A program made the translations under genes and the position numbers. Of a stretch of 64,000 nucleotides of DNA, positions 1-8,436 are shown piece by piece. The stretch covers positions 1 to 64,000 of the forward strand of contig JBNKHE010000009.1 of assembly GCA_050290185.1 (NCBI GenBank), written 5' to 3'. A model generated the notes under the pieces. It worked only from the letters and a program-made list of their open reading frames with translations. It made no database searches and had not been told where the DNA came from. This DNA is from Pontiella sp. (GTDB lineage Bacteria > Verrucomicrobiota > Kiritimatiellia > Kiritimatiellales > Pontiellaceae). Each line of letters begins with the position of its first letter. Within the stretch, counting starts at the first letter, position 1.

Positions 1-903
1 TCCCTGTGGGCAGCCACAGCTATTGCAGCACCCAGAATCGAATGCGAGGAGCCGAAGTATGATTTTGGGACGGTGATCGGGCGGAATCAGATCTCGCACG
101 AATTCATCATCTGGAACCGGGGCGACGAGCCGCTGGTGATCTCGAAGATCAAGAACTGCTGCGGCACGAAAAGTAAGATCGATCCCATGACTATTCCGCC
201 CGGCTCCAACGCCGTCTGCACAACGGTATTCACCACCAAGAACCGCTATGGCGAGCAGGACAAGCAGATCCTGCTGATCACCAACGACAAGAAACACCTT
301 TACTATGATCTGCGGATGACCGGCACGTTGCTCAAGCCCATCGAGTTCAGTCCCCGCCTGGTTCGGTTGGGTGACCTCATGCCCGACGGTACCATTTCGG
401 AAACCATCACCGCCACCAACCTGCTGGACAAGGCCGTGACGCTGGATTCGGTATCTACGACCGTAAAAGGGCTGGAAGCCGTGATTCTGGAGTCCACGGC
501 CCGAAGTTGGAAGGTTCAGCTTAGGAGGGAATCAATAGTCGCCATCGGCCAGTTGAACGGCCAGATGCATCTCAATTTCTCAACCGGTACGGTGGATGTT
601 CCAGTAATCGGTACCGTCAAGCCCATCATCCAGGCGACGCCCGACAAGATTCAGCTTTCCGCAGGTTCATCTAAGGAAGTGGAGCGTCTGGTCATGCTTC
701 GCAGTGGCGATGGACGGCCTTTCGAAATCCTCTCTTCCAGGCTGGAAAATGCCGACGGATCGGTTGAAACCAAAAAACTGACTGATGGCAAATGGCAGGT
801 GAAGCTATTGATCCAGCCAGCATCCATCAAGCCGGACGCCTCGATCGTTATCAAAACATCTGTCGCGTTCCAGGATTTTATAGTCATTGCACTTTCTAGA
901 TAA
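1..903 (+). CDS. DUF1573 / Ig-like domain secreted protein, 5'-truncated by the window edge
   Basis: Frame is open from base 1 (SLWAATAIAAPRIECEEPKYDFG...). Contains the DUF1573-like motif IWNRGDEPLVISKIKNCCG...IPPG followed by further beta-rich repeats. Confidence 0.75.
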   Translation, partial: SLWAATAIAAPRIECEEPKYDFGTVIGRNQISHEFIIWNRGDEPLVISKIKNCCGTKSKIDPMTIPPGSNAVCTTVFTTKNRYGEQDKQILLITNDKKHLYYDLRMTGTLLKPIEFSPRLVRLGDLMPDGTISETITATNLLDKAVTLDSVSTTVKGLEAVILESTARSWKVQLRRESIVAIGQLNGQMHLNFSTGTVDVPVIGTVKPIIQATPDKIQLSAGSSKEVERLVMLRSGDGRPFEILSSRLENADGSVETKKLTDGKWQVKLLIQPASIKPDASIVIKTSVAFQDFIVIALSR

Positions 904-949
904 CTAGCCGATCAAAACATTCACAATCCATCAAGCCGAAGGTGGAAAA

Positions 950-1141
950 TTGGCAACAAATCCAATCGTAAAAGCCACCAAGACGATCGGCATCAACATG
1001 TCGGTTAAAATGGCTAATGAGCTAGAGAAGCGGGCCACTTCCATGCACCTGTCCTCCAGCACTCCGCAAAGATTATACTTCAACAGTGTAGTGATTCCGG
1101 AAACAACTGAAAGTTTCAGGAAGGCTAGCGGCTACGACTAA
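950..1141 (+). pseudogene. Small ribbon-helix-helix-like DNA-binding protein, probably frameshifted
   Basis: N-terminus KTIGINMSVKMANELEKRATSMHLSSS fits the RHH strand-helix pattern. A plausible second helix (KIILQQ) appears in another frame from ~1069, followed by TGA at 1108. Confidence 0.35.
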
Positions 1142-1408
1142 GGTGCTTTGTAATGGGGTGCGGGTCGAGATGAGATACGAAGGTAGGGATCCTTGTGTCG
1201 CTGCATGGTGGAGTTGCCTACGCGGTGACGGATGTACATCATGGTCAGCATGTACAACAAAGACTTTTGCGGAAATGTTTTTGTTCTTAGGCGTTCTAGT
1301 CTTTGAGGAGTGATCCCGACCCCTTTTGGGTCCCATCCGCGATGAGGTGGGGTGAGTGGATAGTTCCTCTCAGGAGTCTCTCGTACATATACTGTCCTAA
1401 TCCCCTAA

Positions 1409-1428
1409 TGCGGCGTATCGAGACGTAA
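1409..1428. promoter_or_regulatory. Operator-like site matching the two sites upstream of the XRE gene
   Basis: TGCGGC-GTATCGA-GACGTAA has the same TRCGGC-N7-GNCGTAA pattern as 16861-16880 (reverse) and 16897-16916. Confidence 0.5.
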
Positions 1429-1588
1429 GTTAGTAAGAAATACTATTAAGCTAGCTTGGTATCTTACCAAGGGTTGTTCTTGCTGGATGAAGGGAACCCG
1501 CATATCGTCTAAAGCTGGTAATGCGCATATTGTGCGCACTATGGCAGTTGGTTGTGCGGAGTGAGGTTTCTCTGGAGTGGTGGTATTG

Positions 1589-4477
1589 ATGGGGATCACG
1601 GATTATCACGCAAAATACTATGCTCATGAGCTGACGAAACGGTGTCCATCGGACAGCGTGGAAAAGTTTACGGCAGCATTGATGGATTCGCAGGTTGATC
1701 TCAAGCCCCACCAGGTGGATGCCGCTCTATTCGCCTTCCGCTCGCCGCTTTCCAAGGGAGCCATTCTGGCCGACGAGGTTGGACTCGGCAAAACCATCGA
1801 GGCGGGCATTGTGCTTTCCCAGAAATGGGCGGAGCGGAAGCGGAAGATATTGGTCATTGCCCCTTCCAGTCTTCGGATGCAGTGGGGCCAGGAGCTGGCT
1901 GATAAATTTTACCTTCCCTCCACCGTTCTGGATTCAAAGCTATTCAAGCAGTCCATAAAGGAAGGGTCGCTCAATCCTTTCGACACCGACGATATCGTCA
2001 TCTGTTCCTACTGTTTTGCCCGTAACAAGGCCGTTGAAGTGGCCAGCGTAAACTGGGACTTGGTGGTGATCGATGAGGCCCACCGCCTCCGTAATGTCTA
2101 CAAACCCGGCAACGTGATCGCCAACGAGCTTAAGAAATGTCTGGCTCATGCCCCGAAGATGTTGCTAACAGCCACTCCGCTGCAAAACTCGTTGATGGAA
2201 CTGTATGGGCTGGTCAGCTTTATTGACGAATATTCGTTCGGCGACCAGAAGAGCTTTCGTTCCCAGTTTGCCCGTATCACCTCTGGAAGCGTCTATGCCG
2301 ACCTGCGGGAACGGCTGAAACCTATCTGCAAACGTACCCTGCGCCGTCAGGTGCTGGAATACATCAACTACACCGCTCGTATCGCCCATACGCAGCACTT
2401 TGAGCCGACACCTGATGAACATGTTCTCTACGAGCTGGTATCGGAATATCTTCGTCGAGAGGATCTACAGGCATTGCCGAAAGGTCAGCGCAACCTGATG
2501 GTATTGGTCATGCGCAAGCTGCTGGCCTCTTCCACATTCGCCATTGCAGGCGCATTGCTTTCCTTGGCGAACCGGCTCAAAGCTCGGTTGAAAGCGGATG
2601 TGAAGTTTATTCCTCCCGTTGATCCAGACCTGGCTTATGAATTTGAATCCCTGCCAGAAGTGGCCGATGAATGGGGCATTGATCCCGATCAATTAGAAGA
2701 GCGACTTAGCGAAGAAGACCGGGAAGCCATCAGCATGGAGATCGCGGAGCTGGAGTCGTTCTATGAACTGGCTGTCAGTATCAGGGAGAATGCGAAGGGA
2801 ACGGCCCTGCTGGATGGATTGCGAGTCGGGTTTGAAATGACCTCCGCCAACGGGGGCGAACCCAAAGCATTGGTCTTCACCGAGTCCAGGCGGACCCAAA
2901 ACTATTTAGCCGAATTGCTGGCCGATAATGGCTATGCCGGGCAAGTCGTATTGTTCAACGGCTCCAATAACGATGAGAAGTCCCAATCCATTTACCGTGA
3001 TTGGAAAATCCGGCACGAAGGTAGCGACCGGGCATCCGGCGTACGTGCTGCCGACACCCGTGCCGCCATCGTCGATTATTTTCGTGATGAAGCCCAGATC
3101 ATGATTGCTACCGAAGCGGCGGCCGAGGGCATCAATCTTCAGTTTTGTTCCCAGGTCGTGAACTACGACCTTCCGTGGAATCCCCAACGAATCGAACAGC
3201 GCATTGGCCGTTGTCACCGCTATGGACAGAAACACGACGTGGTCGTGGTCAACTTCTTGAATACCAAGAATGCGGCTGATCAGCGAGTGTATGAGTTGCT
3301 TGACCAAAAGTTCCGGCTTTTTAGCGGGGTGTTTGGAGCGAGTGACGAGGTGCTTGGCAGCATCGAGTCCGGTGTGGACTTTGAAAAACGGATTGTTGAA
3401 ATCTATCAGACCTGCCGACACCCCGATGAGATCAAAGCTTCGTTCGACGCCTTGCAGGCCGAGATGGGCGACTCCATAGACGGCACCATGCGGGAAACCC
3501 GGCAAAAGCTGCTGGAGAATTTCGATACCGAGGTTGCCGAGAAGCTTAACGTCTATGAAAAAGAGAGCCTGGCCTTCCTCAGCAAGTATGAATCGCTGCT
3601 CTGGAACCTCACCCGTCACGAACTGGATGGCCTGGCTGAATTTGATGAAGAACGCCTTGGGTTCAGGCACGAGACGGGGAATTACTTTTTAAAACCACAG
3701 AATTGCCGCTTCGCTGCTGGCCATAAGCCAGCCTCACCTGAGGTGTCACTGAATGCACGGAACGAGGAGCATTGGCATCACTACCGATTGCAGCACCCGC
3801 TCGCACTGGAGATTATCCAAACCGCCAAAGATCGGGATCTGCCGGAAGCTGTCATTCGGTTCGACTACAGCGGATCGGGAAAGAATATTTCCATCCTCGA
3901 ACCTTTGGTGGGAAAACAAGGCGTCCTGACTGTTCAGAAGCTCTCTGTCCAGGCTTTGGAAACCGAGGACTATCTCTTGTTTGCTGGAATAACCGATAGC
4001 GGAGTGGTGCTGGATCAGGATCAGTGCCGACGCTTGTTCGATCTGCCGGGCGAAGTGCAGGATTTAACCACCGAGGGCACAAAGGGCACGAAGGCTATCC
4101 TTGAGCAAAGGAAGAAGCAGGTATTGGTTGAGATCTCGGAGCGGAACGCTGTGTTCTTTGACGAAGAGATGGAGAAGCTGGAAAAGTGGGCGGATGACAT
4201 CAAAAAGAGTCTGGAAATCAGGCTCAAGCAACTGGATGTAGACATCAAGACGCTCAAGACGGAATCCCGGAAGATGGCTGACCTACAGCGCAAGGTTGCC
4301 GCCCAGCGGAAAGTCAAGGAGTTGGAGAAAAAGCGGGCCGAACTGCGCCGCAATCTATTCGAAGAACAGGATCAGATTGATCAGCGGAAAGATGATCTGC
4401 TGGAAACCATTGAGGCTAGAATGTCGCAGCTGGTTGTTGACGAGGATGTGATGCGGATCGGGTGGGAAATAGTGTGA
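1589..4477 (+). CDS. SNF2/RapA-like SF2 helicase associated with type III restriction-modification
   Basis: LADEVGLGKT (Walker A), IDEAH, LTATP, EGINLQ, YDLPWNPQRIEQRIGRCHRYGQ; C-terminal coiled coil. ATG 1589 preferred over GTG 1577. Confidence 0.92.
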   Translation: MGITDYHAKYYAHELTKRCPSDSVEKFTAALMDSQVDLKPHQVDAALFAFRSPLSKGAILADEVGLGKTIEAGIVLSQKWAERKRKILVIAPSSLRMQWGQELADKFYLPSTVLDSKLFKQSIKEGSLNPFDTDDIVICSYCFARNKAVEVASVNWDLVVIDEAHRLRNVYKPGNVIANELKKCLAHAPKMLLTATPLQNSLMELYGLVSFIDEYSFGDQKSFRSQFARITSGSVYADLRERLKPICKRTLRRQVLEYINYTARIAHTQHFEPTPDEHVLYELVSEYLRREDLQALPKGQRNLMVLVMRKLLASSTFAIAGALLSLANRLKARLKADVKFIPPVDPDLAYEFESLPEVADEWGIDPDQLEERLSEEDREAISMEIAELESFYELAVSIRENAKGTALLDGLRVGFEMTSANGGEPKALVFTESRRTQNYLAELLADNGYAGQVVLFNGSNNDEKSQSIYRDWKIRHEGSDRASGVRAADTRAAIVDYFRDEAQIMIATEAAAEGINLQFCSQVVNYDLPWNPQRIEQRIGRCHRYGQKHDVVVVNFLNTKNAADQRVYELLDQKFRLFSGVFGASDEVLGSIESGVDFEKRIVEIYQTCRHPDEIKASFDALQAEMGDSIDGTMRETRQKLLENFDTEVAEKLNVYEKESLAFLSKYESLLWNLTRHELDGLAEFDEERLGFRHETGNYFLKPQNCRFAAGHKPASPEVSLNARNEEHWHHYRLQHPLALEIIQTAKDRDLPEAVIRFDYSGSGKNISILEPLVGKQGVLTVQKLSVQALETEDYLLFAGITDSGVVLDQDQCRRLFDLPGEVQDLTTEGTKGTKAILEQRKKQVLVEISERNAVFFDEEMEKLEKWADDIKKSLEIRLKQLDVDIKTLKTESRKMADLQRKVAAQRKVKELEKKRAELRRNLFEEQDQIDQRKDDLLETIEARMSQLVVDEDVMRIGWEIV

Positions 4478-4514
4478 GGATGTTTGGGAATCAGATGGAA
4501 TATGGAGGCAAACT

Positions 4515-6440
4515 ATGAAGCTGAAAGATGTGAAGATCTACAAATACAAGTGCATCGAAAATGAACAGGCTTTTCAAGTCGAAGACGATGTCACCGTTCT
4601 TGTTGGTATGAATGAATCGGGAAAGACATCGGTACTTGAAGTAATTGCCAAAACGAACTACTTCCAGCCCGAAGACGGGAAATTCAAATTCAGCAGAACA
4701 CACGACTATCCTCGGATGGAAAAGAAACAGTTAGACAAATCTGGAAAGATTCCCAACGCAGTCGCTTGCACATATGCTTTGGACGATTCCGACAAGGAAA
4801 CTCTAGCCGCCGAGCTGGGGGAGGGAGTGTTTGCTGGAGAGTCGGTGACAGTAACAACCAATTATGACAACAAGATCAGCTGGGGTCCTGTGAATGTGGA
4901 TAGAAAGCTGTTCATCGAAAACAAAACTGACGCAGCAGGCATAAAAAGCAATACACTCACGGACAAATTGTTGGGGGTTAAAACCGTCGAGCAATTAGAT
5001 AGCGTAGTTGCAGAGTACACAGATGGGGTTAAGCGTGCGGGATTGGAATCTTTGCGTCCTTACTATGAAAACGAGTGGTCATGGGAATGCCCTATTCATG
5101 AATATGTTGCTCGACGAATTCTAAAGCCTGCTTTACCAAAATTCCTTTACTACGATGAGTACTACGCCCTTCCTTCAAGAATCAGTATTAACGATCTCGA
5201 AAAGGACGAACTGGATGCGGATGAGCTTAAAACAGCGAAAGCATTGTTTGAATTGGCAGACATCAATGTGGAAGAAATAATCAACTCCGATGACTTTGAA
5301 GATTTTGTTGCAGAGCTAGAAGCTACCGAGGCGATTATCACGAAGGAACTGTTCGAATATTGGACCACAAATAGAAATTTGGATATTGTTTTCAAAATTG
5401 ACAAGCGCATTGAAACTGATGCGAGAAACAACCAACGCATTGCCGAACATGTGCTCGATATTCGTGTCAAAAACAGAAGAACCAATGTGTCCCTTCCGCT
5501 TAGGAACCGTAGCAAAGGATTTAACTGGTTTTTCTCATTCCTCGTATGGTTTTTAAAAGTACAGGAAGACCGGGACTCCAACTATGTTCTTTTATTGGAC
5601 GAGCCGGGACTGAATCTCCATGCCTCAGCCCAAGCTGATCTGCTCCGATTTATCAATGACCTTTCCAGTCAGTATCAAATCATCTACACGACCCATTCTC
5701 CGTTTATGGTTAAACCAGACCAATTGGAAAAGGTCAGAACTGTGCTTGAATCAGAAACGGGAACGCAAATATCGGACAGCCTCCATGAGAAAGATCCGAA
5801 GACGCTTTTCCCTCTTCAGGCCGCCTTAGGTTACAACATTGCCCAGAACCTCTTTATTTCGACTAATAACCTGCTAGTGGAAGGAATCTCCGATCTTGTT
5901 TACTTACAGGTCATGTCATCGGTTTTGGAGTCTGTTGGCCGAACTGGATTAGTTGATAATGTTACGATTGTCCCAACGGGAGGCTTGGAGAAGGTTGCCA
6001 CATTCATCTCTCTGTTACGGGGTAACGAGCTCAACATAGCATGCTTGCTAGATAGCTTCTCCGATCAAAAAGGGAAGCAAAAGCTCGACAACATGATTAG
6101 GAGTAAGTTGATCAAGGAGCAACAGATTAGGTTTGCTCATGAATTCGTTGATGGACTGAACCGTGCGGATATTGAAGATTTCTTCAATCCAGATGAATAC
6201 ATCAAAATGTTCAAAGCAACGTTCCCTGAACATGCAAATGTAACCGTCGCCGAGCAGGGTGAGGAGCAACAACCCATTATTAGCAGGATCAACAACGCAA
6301 TCGGTCAGACTAGGTTTAATCATTATCGACCTGCAAACTGGCTCGCCAAAGAAGGGGTGACGGCAGACTTTTTCGCACCAGAAACGCTAGAAGTATTCGA
6401 AAATGTATTCAAAGAGATCAATGTCCTCTTTGCTGAATAA
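4515..6440 (+). CDS. OLD-family ATP-dependent endonuclease (ABC ATPase + TOPRIM)
   Basis: GMNESGKT (Walker A), RSKG signature, LLLDEPG (Walker B), TTHSP (H-loop), TOPRIM LLVEGISD; SD GGAGG upstream. Confidence 0.85.
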   Translation: MKLKDVKIYKYKCIENEQAFQVEDDVTVLVGMNESGKTSVLEVIAKTNYFQPEDGKFKFSRTHDYPRMEKKQLDKSGKIPNAVACTYALDDSDKETLAAELGEGVFAGESVTVTTNYDNKISWGPVNVDRKLFIENKTDAAGIKSNTLTDKLLGVKTVEQLDSVVAEYTDGVKRAGLESLRPYYENEWSWECPIHEYVARRILKPALPKFLYYDEYYALPSRISINDLEKDELDADELKTAKALFELADINVEEIINSDDFEDFVAELEATEAIITKELFEYWTTNRNLDIVFKIDKRIETDARNNQRIAEHVLDIRVKNRRTNVSLPLRNRSKGFNWFFSFLVWFLKVQEDRDSNYVLLLDEPGLNLHASAQADLLRFINDLSSQYQIIYTTHSPFMVKPDQLEKVRTVLESETGTQISDSLHEKDPKTLFPLQAALGYNIAQNLFISTNNLLVEGISDLVYLQVMSSVLESVGRTGLVDNVTIVPTGGLEKVATFISLLRGNELNIACLLDSFSDQKGKQKLDNMIRSKLIKEQQIRFAHEFVDGLNRADIEDFFNPDEYIKMFKATFPEHANVTVAEQGEEQQPIISRINNAIGQTRFNHYRPANWLAKEGVTADFFAPETLEVFENVFKEINVLFAE

Positions 6441-6462
6441 AAGCGAAGGAACCTGTGAAATA

Positions 6463-8427
6463 ATGAGCACTAAACAAAACCAGCACATTGAAGACTATCT
6501 CGATGCCTATCGCAAAATGGATGACGTTGATTTTGCGGTCATGATTACGGGGTCATGGGGGTGTGGCAAGACTCATTTCATCGAGGATTATCTGAAACGG
6601 AAGTGCACGCCTAAGAGCGAAAAAAAATACATCTACATTAGTCTAAATGGGATATCCAATGCTGCCGATATAGACATGGCCTTGTTTCAAGCTGCGCACC
6701 CGATCTTGGGATCAAAAGTAGCTGTGATGGCAGGCAAGATTGTCAAAGCTTCAGTACGCACTGGGTTCAAGATAAATCTCGATGTTGATGGCAATGGAAA
6801 AAACGACGCAACAGGAAATGTAGGAATCCCTCTCGATGACTTTAAGCTGAAGACAAAAGGCAAGTTCCTTGTGTTTGATGACCTGGAAAGATGCCTACTC
6901 AAGCCTGAGGAGGTCCTCGGCTACATCAATTCCTTTGTCGAAAACAAGGAGGCTAAAGTTATTGTAGTTGGCGATGAAACCCAAATCGGAACACCTAAAG
7001 GCGATCAGAAGAAAGTGGGTTCTGCTTCTGTAGAGCAGAAGGCAAAAAAGAAAAAAGAGCCTTCAGAAAAGTACTGGGTGATTAAGGAAAAAGTAGTTGG
7101 TAAGACATTTAAGCTGACGGAAAACATCGAAGAGGTCCTTCCTGCTTTGATCACTAAAAAAGCCTATCCTCTGACACATGTGTTGATTCTTAATAATCGG
7201 ACCGCTGTAATCAGTGTGTTTAAGCGGGTGAATGATGAGCTGCAAGACCGCCATAACTATCGTGCACTTAAGCATGCATTCCGAGACTTTGAGTATTTCT
7301 ATTCGCATTTAGACGAAAAGCACCAGGAGCATAGAGGCTTCATTAATGATCTGTTGGGCATTTTCATTGCATTTGCATATGAACTACAACTCAAGACCAT
7401 TACCACGGACGATATCCAGACGTTGAATATACCGACACACCTGTTTTCAAGGAAAGAGGTTAAGGATGATACACCTTTGGACCTGTTTGTTGGAAGGCAT
7501 GGAATCAGCAGGCTTAACCAGATTCTTCCTGTAGACATCTGGTGTACGATTTTGAAAAATGAACCGCTAGATAAAGAAGCTCTGTTTGAGATTATTTCAT
7601 CCACTGAATACTTCCGTAAAGAAGCAGAACTGCCTGCTTGGAAAAAGTTGCAAGGCTGGTGGTTGTTGCAAGATGATGTTTGCGCCGAAGCCATTAAAAG
7701 CGTTCGCAAAGAGCTAGAGGAGTACACATATAAAACTCCTCTGATGATCCTCCATGTATTTGGGGTCATGATGGAGTTGGCAGCCTCAAACATGATTGAA
7801 GAATCCAAGGACGATATTCTACAGACAGGCATCAACTATTTGGGTGCACTGCTCAAAGAGGGAAGCCTTGAGCTTCCGGACCGTAAATTTGATTATGATC
7901 TGATGGATGGATTCATGGCGAATAGATTCGCAGGCCATCAAAATGCAGAATTCAAGGAGTTACATGAAAAGGTGGCTAGTAGCCTGAGGCTCGCCAGAGT
8001 TGAAGATCAAAAGTCTAAGGTTCCTGAGATACTTGAAACTCTCAAAAGAGATCCGGATGAATTTCGACAAAATATTGGCTTCGAGGGGGAATGGTTCAAT
8101 GAGCCAGTCCTATCTCTGATATCTCCCAATGAGTTCTATTCGGCCTTGAGACAAACTTCTAACCATGGAGTTCTGTTTGTCGAGGATGGCTTAAAGCGGA
8201 GGTACGAGTTCATCAATACTTTCCCAGGGCTGGTCGTTGAATTGGATTTCCTAAAAAAGCTTCGTGAGTTGGTTGATGAGGATCTTGGGAAACGGGAAGG
8301 ACTAAAGACGCCTTCATCAAATGCATTTGAACGATTGCGAGCTATGCTAACTAGACTGATTAAGCTTATAGAGCAGAATGAAATTAATACAGCGGCCTCG
8401 GATGATGCAGATGAAATTGCGGAGTAA
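6463..8427 (+). CDS. KAP-family P-loop NTPase
   Basis: AVMITGSWGCGKT (Walker A), YIYISLNG, LVFDDLERC (Walker B), KEKVVGKT; long helical C-terminus. ATG 6463 follows the OLD stop. Confidence 0.85.
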   Translation: MSTKQNQHIEDYLDAYRKMDDVDFAVMITGSWGCGKTHFIEDYLKRKCTPKSEKKYIYISLNGISNAADIDMALFQAAHPILGSKVAVMAGKIVKASVRTGFKINLDVDGNGKNDATGNVGIPLDDFKLKTKGKFLVFDDLERCLLKPEEVLGYINSFVENKEAKVIVVGDETQIGTPKGDQKKVGSASVEQKAKKKKEPSEKYWVIKEKVVGKTFKLTENIEEVLPALITKKAYPLTHVLILNNRTAVISVFKRVNDELQDRHNYRALKHAFRDFEYFYSHLDEKHQEHRGFINDLLGIFIAFAYELQLKTITTDDIQTLNIPTHLFSRKEVKDDTPLDLFVGRHGISRLNQILPVDIWCTILKNEPLDKEALFEIISSTEYFRKEAELPAWKKLQGWWLLQDDVCAEAIKSVRKELEEYTYKTPLMILHVFGVMMELAASNMIEESKDDILQTGINYLGALLKEGSLELPDRKFDYDLMDGFMANRFAGHQNAEFKELHEKVASSLRLARVEDQKSKVPEILETLKRDPDEFRQNIGFEGEWFNEPVLSLISPNEFYSALRQTSNHGVLFVEDGLKRRYEFINTFPGLVVELDFLKKLRELVDEDLGKREGLKTPSSNAFERLRAMLTRLIKLIEQNEINTAASDDADEIAE

Positions 8428-8436
8428 GGCAGGAAT

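Noticed and set aside
1150..1185. Possible degenerate att copy of the tRNA-Met 3' end
   Set aside because: The similarity to TGGTAGCGGGGCTCGGATTTGAACC is too weak to distinguish from chance.
1534..1543. 10-mer GCGCACTATG shared with 16866-16875
   Set aside because: It covers mainly the operator spacer rather than the half-sites, and a single 10-mer match is plausible by chance.
1589..8427. Calling the locus DISARM, Gabija, BREX or a retron
   Set aside because: No DrmA/DUF1998/PLD, UvrD, PglZ/BrxC or reverse transcriptase is present. The MTase and helicase-nuclease are type III Mod/Res.
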